From the NCBI RefSeq assembly GCF_009914755.1, contig NC_060931.1: a DNA stretch of 64,000 nt; one strand, written 5' to 3'. Origin of the DNA: the human T2T-CHM13v2.0 reference genome, Homo sapiens. The notes under the pieces were generated by a model that was given only the letters and a program-made list of their open reading frames with translations, ran no database searches and was not told where the DNA came from. The position numbers and the translations under genes are program-made. Positions 39,931-53,149 of the stretch are shown here, one piece after another. Numbering within the stretch: position 1 is the stretch's first letter; each line of letters opens with the position of its first letter.

Positions 39931-41973
39931 ATTATTTTACTGTGTTCTTAAAATATCTTTATGTAATAAGATACAAAAATACCCAAAACCAGTTGGAGAA
40001 AAAAATGTAATATTCAACAAATATGTATAGGCTTTCTTTTGGCAGAAAAATATATAGTGGAAGAATTTTTTGCCTTTTTTTTTATTTAGCTCTCCAGAAA
40101 CTGTAGTCATTCATCATTTCATGCTCCCAGTCTAACCTATTGTTTTTCTATTGATAATTCTGCTTTATTTTTAAACATATTGTGTTATATTGAATTATAA
40201 AATCTGCTTTGAATCATTTTATGTTATGAATTGTTTGTTAAATAGACGTTAGTACTCTGATATCTTGAAAATTTAGTATGTTAGAATGTGACTATGGTTT
40301 TTATTATGCCCATGGACTTAAGATTTCACATGTAACTAGTTGCTGGGCAAAACTATCTGTCTTGAATAGAAACAATGATAACAATGTGTTTCTGGAACAA
40401 ATATGGGTATCTTCAGTTTTGGAAAATAGGGAGTTTCCATAGGGAGGTGATTGGATTGGTAAAGGAAAGAAGATAACAGCTTAAGAATAGATCAGCAAGA
40501 AGGATAACATTATGACCCGAGTTAAAGTATTCAAACAAAGACACTTCAGTTCCTAAGCTAAGAGAGATTAAAAAAATTAACTCTTGCTGTAAACAAGAAG
40601 AATGTGATGGTAATTATAACACTGTGTTTGCAAGAGTAGGTTGAATTGCCAGGAGGTGAAATTGAGGTAAAGCATCAACTTTTTCATTCTTTTTAGATTT
40701 TTAAAAAGTTTTATTGTTTCTATTAATACTAAGATAGAACATTTTGAACTCTGTGAGCTTAGTTTTAAAATGTAGAGATCCCACATCTTCAAAATCAACC
40801 CAATACTAGATAATCATCCATAGTTTCAGCACTGGAAACAATAGGAAACCATTTACCAAGACTGTTCTGAAAATGTGGAGTGGGAAGTATCAAATTAGCT
40901 CTTAATTCGTAACTAGTGGCTGGGTGAAGAGCTGTAAGGGCAGAGAGAATGTCATGGGGTAGAAACAGAATCTTAAGAGCAAATGAACACAGGTGTAAGG
41001 TGAATCTGGTGGCTAATACCAAGTAGCAAAATCAGGAGGGGCTGGAAGGGACAAGTGCCATATCATATATATGGGTCAATGATGGAAGTCAAATAATCAA
41101 AAGGAGTCAGATATTATTACATAACTACGGGCACACAGGTATTCAAAGTAAGGATCCGGGATATTGAACCAGTGGAAGCCATGGAAAGCTGAAGGTCTGT
41201 ACAATCAAATGTTTTTTTGCTGACAGATAGGTAGTGTGCTTTGGCTGCCTTTCATTCTTGATTGCAGGTGTTTCTATCTCTGGATTTCAAAGTTTCAAGA
41301 CTTTTGTCTTACACAAGAGTGTGCCAAGTGTAGCTTAAAAATGCTAAATGCCTTGCACATTATAGGTGCTCAATAAATGTTTATTTAATTAAATATTTAT
41401 TTAATTTAGTTATAGTATAGCATGCCAATGAGTTGCATGTTCTCATATAACCAAATGAGAAACATGTGTTATTGATCAATAGCTATTTTATGGGAGGGAA
41501 GAAAAAAGAAAGGAAGGCAAAAGGAAAGAAAGAGATGTAGAAGAAGAAGGAGAAAGAGGCAGGCAGGAAGGAAGGCAGGTAATAAGAGACTTACATTTTC
41601 TAAGTCCGATGTCACAATATTATTCAACAAAGTTTTTTACGTGGCTTCAAAGAGGATAGAAAATATAACTCTGTGGCTGTGAATGTTATAATTTAAAAAG
41701 TAATAATTATAATTAATAAAAAAATTAATAAAAGTAATTATAATTAATAAATTAAAAATGTTATAATTTAAAAAATTTTCAGGATGGAATGCTTTTTGTG
41801 GATGAATAGATGGAAGGATAACATGACAACAATTATTTTCAATCCCCAGCTGGAATAATCTATAGAATAATGAGGAAGCATGTAGCAGGGACAGGGAAAT
41901 CTAAACACCAGTGAAATATACGTATATATAATGAGGCAATGTAAGTGTGAATGACTCTTCATACTTCATTTAA

Positions 41974-42430
41974 AGCAGGTTCACTGTGCACTAGTTACCA
42001 ATTTGTCTGAGTTTAGTGAGATAGAATACCTACATACACAACAAATTACATGAGCAGATTCATTGCTTACAGATAGTCAGGAAGGGACAACAGAAGCTTA
42101 AGATTCATTGCCAACTGAATTCCCCCAGGACCCAGAAAAGCTGCCCAAGGGGGATGGAATCTTACCTTCATGGTCCCCACACGAACTGCAGCTGAGAGAT
42201 GCCAGAAGGCAGCCGATCCTGAGCTTTATGCACTGGGGTCACATGAACCACGGGGGAAAACCTTGTAATAAATCCTTTTCTAGAGGGAGGCTGGAACAGA
42301 GCATGAGGTATTCCACTGAGGTTCTATCTTAGTATGTTGTATTTCCAGAACATTGTACAATTTTTCTTGAGAACAGGAGAGAAGAGGGAGAACTGGATTT
42401 GTTTAAGGCCACCTGGAGGAATTTCCAAAG
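41974..42430 (-). mobile_element. ERVL-group solo LTR (LTR53/MER54/MER73-like)
   Basis: gcaggttcactgtgcactagttaccaatttgtctgagt...gggacaacagaagc...gaaaagctgccc. Confidence 0.6.
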
Positions 42431-42754
42431 TCTCATGATATAAATTCAAAATTAACTATGCTTAAAAATTGAAATCATCATAAGGCTAGAAGATGAGATG
42501 AAAAAATATATAATCATTAAAATGGAAAGGCTTGTTTATGAACCAAAATCCAATTACCACAATAGAAAATATTAATCAAGTATAATTGCATATAAACCTA
42601 AACCATCAACAAGAAGAACAGCTAAACGTAAACTAGTAGATCTAAAGAAGACCCAAGAGAACTGCATGGCCCAGTGACCGGAGACCAGAGAAATTTGGAT
42701 GATTCAGCATATCTAAATGTAGAGAGGTAGCAAAGACCAGGTGGAAAATTGTGC

Positions 42755-43055
42755 TTTTTTTTTTTTTTTTTTTTTTGAGACAAAGTCTTGTTCTGCCACT
42801 CAAGCTGGAGTGCAGTGGCACAGTCATAGCTCACTGCACCCTCTAACGCCTGGGTGCAAGTGATCCTCCCACGTCAGCCTCCCGAGTAGCTGGGATTACA
42901 GGCATGTACCACTACACCTGGCTAATTATTTATTTATTTTGGAGAGATGGGGCCTTAATATGTTTCTCAAGCTGGTTTGACTTCTTGGCCTCAACCAATC
43001 CTCTTGCTTTGGCCTCCCAAAGTGTTGGGATCACAGGAGTGAGTCACTGCCTGTG
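42755..43055 (-). mobile_element. AluJ-like element
   Basis: Poly(T), then gagacaaagtcttg...catagctcactgca...aagtgatcctcccac...cccaaagtgttgggatcacagg. Confidence 0.92.
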
Positions 43056-43289
43056 TGCGCTTTCTACTAGATGCCATTCGAAGATATGCCCACAAAGATG
43101 GGCAGTGTGTTAGCCTCCTAGAAGTTAGACTTAAAGCTAGAAATTTGAGGAAGAAAATGCCTCAATTGATCAAGATATCCTAATTTAACTAAATTAGGCT
43201 AAAGGGATTTTTTGCTCTCAGATAGAATGGGGAATCAATAGTAAATTAAATCCAGATTTTAATTTATTTTTTACATAAGAAGCAACATG

Positions 43290-44325
43290 AATAGCAAAAA
43301 GCACCATAAAGGAGGCCAGAATGCAAAAATAGATTATTTAATTTTACTATATAAAAATTATAATTGTTACAAATATACTACTATATTTGATACAAAGATA
43401 CAAAACACTGAGAAAAAGCATTTGCAATGTGCAGAACAGGAAAGGACCGATCTCCTTAATGTATTTCAGGAGCTCCTCAAAATCAATAAGAATTAGCATG
43501 AAAGCTCTTGAAAATCAATAAGAATAAAGACATTCAACCCCCACTTCTCAAAATATAGGCAGAGACTAATCATGGAAAAGAACTTATGAAAATTCACCCA
43601 GCCTTATTATATAAATTAAATTCTAATGCCAATATTTAGCAACACATTTTGTTAATGAATCTGTAGGGAGATAGGTGTTCTCAGATATTTCTGGTGGGAA
43701 GTGTAACAGGACTTTACAAACACGTTGGACAACTAAAATTACAAATGTATAATAATTTGACCTAGAATTTCATTCTAGAAATTTATTTGCATGTGTGTGA
43801 AATGAATATGTTTACTGCTTTATAATGCAGCATTGCTTATAACAGCATATCACAGGGAGCAATTCCATATCCATTAATGAAGGACCAATGAAATAGAATA
43901 TGGCATATCAATAAAATGTAACAGTATGAAGCTATGTAAAAAGTCTGAATACATGTTTTAGGTACTAATATGGAAAAGTTTCTCATGTGAAAATTTTACT
44001 ACATACCTACCTTTACATTTTACATATTTGAACATGTAGAAGTATCACCTATTCAATCACATTTTTAAAAATTAGAGGTTATTATGTAATAGCTCTCATA
44101 TAAAACCAATGAAAATTAATTAGAGAAGTATTCTCTTATTTGAAGATCAGTGAAATAATAGGTTTGTTCAACCTCTTCATTACAAAAAAAAATTCCTGCG
44201 AATTAAAATCATATTGTGGCACCATTTTTCATCTATCAGAAATGGAAAAATTCAAAATTTGACAACCCACAATGCTGGTGAGGCTGTGAGGAAATGGACA
44301 CTCTTGTACATAGCTGGTCTGCCAA
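43290..44325 (+). mobile_element. Old L1ME-like fragments
   Basis: ggagctcctcaaaatcaataaga...tttgacctagaatttcattctagaaattta...tttgacaacccacaatgctggtgagg. Confidence 0.65.
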
Positions 44326-45804
44326 CCCTGCAGCTTTATTCCTACCAATTTTATTTTTTTCTATGAGAGACCATCTCACACTGTAACAGATGAAAATATC
44401 AGCTACTTTCTTTCCCAGAAAACACTGCAGCAAACATATGAGCATGGAGACTGGTACAAATAGAAACTAACAGGTTAGCTGAGACTCCCTTTTATGTTTT
44501 TTTTTTTTTTCTAATAGAAAGGAACACACAGAAGAAGAATATTTCTCACTCCATAGGATGCTTTTGATGGTAGGACTGTAGCAACCATATTGGACGATAC
44601 TGGGACAAGTTAAAAATGCCTTGCATTTTGATTTTGTGTTACATGAAATGGTATGTCTGTAACTTTCAGCCACTTTTAGCTGTCTAGTCTGTTATTCGCA
44701 GCTGTAAGCATTCTAACTGCTACATAAATTTATCAGAAAGTAGATCAAATGTAAGAAGTGGAGCAACTTCAAGTAATTATAACTTTTTCACAGGTTAATA
44801 GTAGAAATATAGAGAAATATAAGGATAGAGAAATATTGCAGGGAGTAAACATCTCTATTTTCTGTAGATGTGTTTTGCCTAGCTTTAGCAATGATATTCC
44901 TTACTTATGTGTGGTTTATGTACATATGGTTTTAATATTTAATCACATGAAATTTGTGGGCATAACGAATGTTGATATAGTTTACTGAAAGAATGCAGAA
45001 TTCAAGAAAATCACTTCTCAATGAACAATGATGATATTGAGGTGAGTCTCTTTTATATCTTTGTTGATTTTATTTCTTTCAGATGTCAGCACCTCTTTGG
45101 GATTTGGACTCTTAAAACTCATGATCACTCAGAATAGAATCATACTACTGGTATCTCCTAAGCTATTCAGTGATCAGCTATTGGCTTATGAAAATTGAAT
45201 CCGTCTATGAAACTCCTACAAAATTATTACTCCCTTATTACTACTACCTAGCAAACACAATTTGTTTTTAGGTTTTCAAGTCTATACTTTAAGGTAATAC
45301 CAGAGTATTTTTTCTCCAAATGAAGTCATATGAACAAGTGGTGGATTGCTAAGGAATTTGTACATAACAAATACATTAATAGAATTTACAAAGATAAATA
45401 TAGGTAAAGATTTCTAGTAACAACGACAGAATCAATTCAAATCAAAGAGCTGATTGAGATTATTAACTTACTAGACTACAAATAACTCTAATTTTTTGCT
45501 TATATACAGAAGTATATGTTTATTCTCATTTTCAATGAAAACATTCAGATGCTACTGAAATTGATAAGTTATACCTAAACCAATATCCAATAAACACTAT
45601 AAAATTTTAAATTTAGGAGATCTAAAGCCTTACTGATTTCATTATTTTGCTAGTACATCTATGTACATATCATTTTTCTTATATAAATTTAGTTTTGTAC
45701 TTACTGTGTTGTTATAAATTTCTCCCAAACCTTATAAAATCTAGATGAAATTGCAACTATTCTACTTGCAACAGAAATGGCATCTAAGAAGTTATAAATC
45801 CTCT

Positions 45805-46153
<349 letters not shown>

Positions 46154-47049
46154 TCAAGAGTATTTAGGATTTTATTTTGCAGAACTGCATGATTATGTAA
46201 TATAGAATTTAGTGACTAATAAACACTTTGTTAAACATTAAATTCTAAGGTAGCTATTCAAAATGTTTTACTCTATTGTTTATAATGATTTACCTCCTTT
46301 TCTTAAGTATTTTAACTAGTGTGAGATGTATATTGCATCTTCAGCTGGAACAGGAATAAATATGTATAGCAAGCTTGGTTGATTTTCTATGACTTAAGGA
46401 AACTGAAATTACACGTTGTTTCCAGGAGTCATCTGAGGAAGACAGACATGTTATGAAAGGAAGAAGAAAACAACTAGGGCACAGGAAGACAGAGCTGAGA
46501 TTACCTGAGCAAAGCATGGTCATATCTAAGGGGGAAAAATAACATAGAAGAATAATGTAGATTCCTTTGAATAATTCTTGGTAATACTGGGGGTGGTGGC
46601 CCCCATATTTCATCACATGTCACAAAGCAAAACTTCCGAAAAAACTCTTGAACATGTCTTACTCATTACAGCTTTTATTTTCTAAAGCAGGTGACATTCA
46701 TCTTGTTCTCATTCTATTCCTGTCCCCAAGGATTTTTCTTTAGTCTTCGTCTACTGAACATCCCTTTCTTTCCCCTCTCATCCTCTCCTTATTTTTGCTT
46801 TTCTATCCTGGGAAGGAAAAAATGGCTCAGCCATGAGTCCAATTTAGACAATGCATTTCTTCTAACGTGGCTCTTGAAAGAGTGTGTACACTTCTTGGGG
46901 GATGGGAAAATCTCAATGCTTCCTGCTATATGTGTCTTATATATGTCTGAATTAGACATGTAAGATATATGTCTTATACATGTCTAATCTATATTGCATG
47001 CCTACTATGTACCTAACACTGATTTGACAAGGATAATTCACAGGTACCT

Positions 47050-47109
47050 ACACATACACATGTAAATACATACATGTACATACACACACACACACACACA
47101 TATATATAA
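47050..47109. repeat. (CA)n/(TA)n microsatellite
   Basis: Seen directly. Confidence 0.9.
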
Positions 47110-47624
47110 TTTCCCCATTAAATTTCTGATTGAACTATCATTTTATCCGTTAACGCTCATGCGCAAGCACAGATTACATGTTTCTCTGTTTGAGGCTGCT
47201 TTCCTCTCAGGGATGTTTTGATGAGATATTAAAGTAATTTTGCTGATATTCCACTTGACCATAACCTTCCCACTCACCATATTCTTTTGCCTTTTGTGAG
47301 TTTCAACTTGTTTCTGCCTCTTGGACCTTATTATGGCTCACTTAGATAAGCCTCCAAAAAGAGTTGAATGCAAAGGTACAGAATTCCAGAAACGATTTGT
47401 TTGAATACCCTTCAAATAAGCTCCTTGCCTCATTCCCAGCTACTCTCATTTTGCTAAGCCCTGTCCATATTCATGATGACCCTAGTGCCATGTCCTTTCT
47501 GTGTGGCTGCATGCCTGCCCAGATAAACTTTCCACCCATGTAAACATATACTGGCTTTAAAATCCCAATGGAGGAAAAAGTTGAAGTTGGTTTTCCAAAA
47601 CTCTTTCCATTCTTTTTTCAAATT

Positions 47625-48037
47625 TCACAATGTTTACATAAAAATTTTATATATTTACCATGTAAAACATGATGGGTTGAAGCATGTGTATACTTGTGGA
47701 ATGACTAGATCTAGTTAATTAACACATTCATTAACTCATATATTTATTTTGTGGTGGAAGGAGATCCTGTCAGTTGTGACATTATGGATGAACCCAGAGG
47801 ACATCACGTTAAAGGAAAGAAGCCAGGCACAGATAGACAAATATCACATGATCTCACTTATAAGTGGAATATTGAAAAGTTGAACTCATAGAAGCAGAGA
47901 GTAGAATGGTGGTTACTGAAGCCCAGGTGCAGGGTGTCTTGGGGAGATACTGGTCAAAGGATACAAAATTTTAATTAGGTGACAGGAGTAAGTTCAAGTG
48001 AGCTATTGTACAACATAGTGACTACAGTTAATCACAT
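47625..48037. mobile_element. L1MA-like 3' end with internal inversion (minus about 47625-47757, plus about 47758-48037)
   Basis: Distal 3'UTR in antisense joined head-to-head to the upstream L1MA segment in sense. Confidence 0.78.
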
Positions 48038-48620
48038 TTATTTTTACTTATGTTCCTCTTTGTTTAAACATAAAAACATTCCCTTTTGTCCTATTCTTAG
48101 CAATAATAAGGAATAATACATCCTATTTCAATTATTTCTCTTTTATCTAAAGGTCATCAATGTTCATTTTCTGTGTTCTATTTGATTTTATCCCAAACCC
48201 TCTCTGTCCTTTTAAGAGACAGACTAAGATGTAACTAGCTGCATTTCAGTGTATTATTGTAATGTGATTTATTGTCTTTTATTTCAAGTTTGCCTACATT
48301 TTAAAAGATAAATATCACAGACATTTTTACATCTAATTTTAAACCACTACTTGTATTCACAAGCATTTAACCAAATCTTTCAACTCATTCTGAAACACTG
48401 ACTCTCTTCAGGTTATCTTCAAGGAATGTGTGTTCCTAGGTTCTTTTTTTCACCTCCTTATACAAAGCGGTATTGTGTTCAGGACTAGCAGGGCACCTTA
48501 ATAGAATAAAGCTTTGTTTCATTTAACCAACAAGAACAATAGGCTTCCTCAATGCCAACAGGTGTTTTGCTTCTTCTTCTTCTTTTTTTTTTTTTTAAAT
48601 CACTCATCTGCTCCAATTAG

Positions 48621-48674
48621 AAACATTAGGAAAATATGATATATACTACGTTCGGACTCTAAACTTCTCTACAA
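48621..48674 (+). other. Candidate 54-nt cassette exon
   Basis: Pyrimidine tract...TAG acceptor; CAA|GTAAGT donor; open in phase 1. Confidence 0.25.
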
Positions 48675-49648
48675 GTAAGTCTTTATGGTTCCAGTAGTTC
48701 ATAGAATAACCATAAAGAAACCTCTTTTATTTACCTGACAAATAATTTGTAAGTAAATTTGTGCAGAGACGTGCGTAATTACGGTATTTCTATCATAAGG
48801 ACTGGTAATATTGCTAATGAGTATAACAATATTTAGCTCTTTCTAATCATTAGCACTAATGCACTTGAATGGTACATGCATGTCAGTATGGAAAGCTGCT
48901 CAAATGGGTATCATTTTCTGGCAAAATTGCTTAGAGTAAGTCAGCTTCCTTTCCCAAATAACTTTCTTTTAGTGCTAAGGAGGAAAGAACTCATTAGTAG
49001 TCATGGAGCATTCCCTGCCAAGTCATTTCCATTTCCTCAAGGTAGAAAAAGGCCCTTAAAAAACCGTTATGGGTAATGATAGAGAAGCAACAACAGAACC
49101 ATGTCTCATGACCCATGAAAGTATGGGAAAGAGAGTATCAAAAAAATCAGGAATCATTTAAAACAGCTTTATTTGTGCTATATATATATATAATTTTATA
49201 TGTATATACACACATGTATAAATATATATGTACATGTATATATGTATCATGAAGAACATTTTGGATCTAAGTTTGTTCTCTTTACAGTTGGCTGCATGGT
49301 TTCCCAATATCAGTTATTCAAGATTCAATTGTAACTATAATCACCTTCGTCTATTTCTGGAGTTTCCAGTGTCTTATATTGCTCTATTTATTCACATGTC
49401 TGTTGGCATGGTTTTGATTATTTAGGCATTCTAATATATTTTTATATCTGCTAAATTAGTCTAACCTTTTTGTCCTTCTTTTTCAGCTCACACTCCTCCC
49501 CATCCCCCACTATGTTATTTTTCTAACGTGAAATTTAGGTCATTAAATAAGGTGATATGAATATTATATATATGTATTAAAATGAATCATTAAATATTTT
49601 CTTAAAAATCAGTGGATTTCTCTATAATAGTTTCTTCTTCTTTTCTTA

Positions 49649-49996
49649 TGATATGTACTGAATGTTTGTGTCCTCTTAAAACTCATATGTTGAACCTAAT
49701 TCCCAGTGTGATAGTATTTAGACGTGGAACCTTGGAGAGTTAATTAGGACATGAAGGTAACGCTTGCACAAATGGGATTAGTGTCCTTATGAAAAATGAT
49801 ATCTCTCTTAGTCTTAGTGAGGAGACAGCAAGAAGGAGGCCTTCTGCAAACCAGGAAGAGGACCCTCACTAGGAATCAAATAAGCTGGAACCTTGATCTT
49901 GGATTTCCCAACTTCCAAAAGTGTGAGAAATAATTGTCTGTTGATTAAGCCACCCATTCTATGGCTTTTAAGTAGCAGTCTGAGATGACTAAGACA
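49649..49996 (+). mobile_element. MaLR solo LTR (MLT1A-like)
   Basis: tgatatgtactgaatgtttgtgtcc...ccttgatcttggatttcccaacttcca...gactaagaca. Confidence 0.85.
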
Positions 49997-51254
49997 CTTA
50001 CCACATGTTATAGTTTATAGGAGGTTTTTACTTTATATAACCATTTTTTTACTTTTGAAAAGGAAAAAAATGCTGAATTTTAGTTGATACATACTGAAGT
50101 CATGGAAGCATGAAATTCATTCTGGCATCACAATTTAGAAAAAAACATGTTTTTGACATTTTTTATTCTTCTCCTTGATATTTTATGTATCTCATCTCAA
50201 TTCAGAGAACCTAGAATAATTTAAGTAAAAAAGATACATTAATTTTTGGTTCCTCTCCAAGGTTTAATGCTTCACAAGAAGCCTCTTGAAAATGGAGTTC
50301 TCAGTGTTTACCATTATAGGGAATACTTGCTAGTTGTGCAGTGCAATAGCTGAGACTCAGTAAGTGTGCCCTGAGTTGATTTGATTAGCATTACCAGGTT
50401 TTTAGAATGTCTTGCCAAACTTTAGCTTGCCAAGCCACTATCTTCTCATCATTTGAAAACTGTCTCACATGAGTTTTGATTTCACTTCCAGATGTGACAT
50501 AAAAGAGCTCTCAATTTCTTCAACCATGTCCCGCCCTCTCATCAGAGATTTTGAGGTGGTTCTCCTTCAGCCATGTACATACTCTTGAAATGCATAATGA
50601 TTCTGTGGTGAACTGTGCATCTCCGAAACATTTTATTATCTATTAATTTTATTTTTTAGGGTAATAAAGTCATCTAACAATGTCTGAAAATTATTATAAA
50701 CCCTCAGAAAGCAGACTTGATGTAACAGTAGAATTTTATACTTTATTGTCATATACAGTCAGAAAATCAATGAATAATGTTATGTGACTTTGAAGATTAA
50801 TATTGTCGTAAAGTTAGTTTTCTTTTCTGATCTACTGCCTGTTAAGTGTTTTTTGCTTATGATATACTCAAATTTTAAGCTAAGTATAGACATGTTATGG
50901 TATTACTGACCACTAATATGGAGTTGTATAAAAAAACTTAAATTAATTTCCCATGTACATTTTCCTTAATTTTTAAATGTATGTGTAACTTAAAGGAAAT
51001 ATTACCAAACCCACATGGTTTCATTCATTCCTATTTTAATTGTGAAAATGTTCATTCAGAGAACTCTTTGAAGTTCAAGTATATGTTTAATAGCCCATTA
51101 CAGCCTTTTTATCTTAAAACTAGGATTGCATTTTGCCAAGAATAAACAAAGACAAACACCTCAAGGTTACGGTTCAGCTAGAAATTCCAAAGTATCATAT
51201 TATCCTCCATGTGTTCTAAACTTAAAAATTCAAAATAAAGCCTCCTTTCCCTAG

Positions 51255-51284
51255 CACCAACTGTTAATGAACAGTTGGAATATG
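51255..51284 (+). other. Candidate 30-nt micro-exon
   Basis: cctcctttccctag acceptor; ATG|GTAAGT donor; open in phase 1 (xPTVNEQLEY). Confidence 0.25.
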
Positions 51285-53149
51285 GTAAGTGTCCCCTTTT
51301 CTTGACTCTATTCATTGACTTTGAGTTATCAAATACGTGATTTGCCTATTTATCAACACTATTTTGTATCAGGGACATTATAATCAATTACTAGAAAACA
51401 GTCCAACATTTTATTTTGTATACTGACTTAACTGAGGAGAATATGACTTTTTTGCTTATTTTAATATACAGCTAATGATGCCTGTTCAAAACTGTAATTT
51501 TTATGCTATAAATATTTTAAATTTAATTTCCATAATACTAAACTCCAAAGATAAAGAGAGAAAAATCCACTCCAGTAGAAAGGACAGTAAATAAATAGAA
51601 AATGTTAAAGATCTAATAGAGCTGAAGAACCTTTCGTAACAAAGCATGACACCTTTAAAAATGATAGATATTTGAAAAATTAATTGCCAATATGTCATCA
51701 ATATGTTCGATAAGATACAGCATATATATTCATATTTCATTTTCCATTGCTTAATCTATTACCCATACTCTCATTCCTATACCTCATGAAGATATTCATT
51801 ATTTTCCACTAAATTAGTCCTAAAAGGGCAATGTTAGCACCAGAGCTTGCATGGGTGTGGTTTTTCCTTAGGAGAAATACACTATATGGCTAGATGTATT
51901 GATAGTTAGATGTTATGCCCTCAGCATGTTGAAATGTCAATGTTATGATAACCATTTCAACTGTTCAATTATGAAGATAGTATAGAAGAGGATAGTATAG
52001 AAATAAAATATGTTCAAGTTGTTATCCATGGTCATGACAAGCAAATATGCATAAAATATGCTCAATGTGAGTACATCTGACAAAAAATTGGAAGAAAATG
52101 TGAATAGAAAAATCTATTATTTTTAGGTAATAATAGGTTTGCAACATTACATTATAGCCACAGAATTATGTAATAGATGGAGAACATCAGTCATAAACCC
52201 TCTATCCTATCTACAAATTTTTAGCAAGAAATTTTTATTCTTATTGATACTATATACCCAAGGCTTATAATAAAATTTGGCAACGCTTACCTATGAATAT
52301 TGGTGGAAAATTTAGTAAGTGAATGTGGCAGACCTCTTATGTAGCATTTTATCATCTACATTTTTCTTTAATGATTTTGAGATAGTCCATTTTATAAGCT
52401 ATGCAAAATTGTAATTAGGAAGTGGTACTAATAATGGCAGCTTTTCTAATTATTTTCCTTTATAAGGATGACAAAAATGGTATGTTTTGAAAATAAGGCT
52501 AATTTTCTGAAATGTAATTATTCTTTCATATATAAAATATATGTCTTATTATATAATCCTGTATGTATTATCAGAGAAATGGTAAATTATACTATAATAT
52601 ATATTGAGTTTTGCTATTAAGTAAAACACAATTGAATGTCTTTGAGCTGATCCACCTTTCTTCCCTTCCTGAGCGTAAAATATAACATTTTTATTTTTAT
52701 TTACAATTTTGTTTTCTGTTTCCTCTCTAACATTTTTAGCCTTTCATAATTTATTTTGCAGGGTGTCTTTTTTCCAAGGTAACATAGCAGGGCCTGGCTA
52801 CCCTACAGAAAGCATTTTGTACATAGTTAGGAAGTTCCATCTAGTATGGGTTTGACCATATGATGAAAATAGTTCTCCACTTGCATTAGCAGGGTTTTTT
52901 TTTTTTCCTGAATTTTCTTATCTGTATATTTCTAGCGTACTTGGGCAAAGAGGTGTGGGGTAGGGCAAACATGTTGCACTCTCTATGAAACTCTTCTATT
53001 AAGCAAAGAAAAAAAATGACTCTGCTGTGAACACTAGTACATATTGGAACTTTCTCAACTACTAACCACCTAGCAGTTTAATGACTGCAGAAGATAGTTC
53101 ATATGACATTTTGAACTGACAGTCCCAGAGTAGGCTCATGGTCTGATAT

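Noticed and set aside
44981-45082. GAG|GTGAGT donor followed by a tttctttcag acceptor
   Set aside because: The implied intron of about 41 nt is too short, the upstream acceptor is weak and the peptide is not recognised
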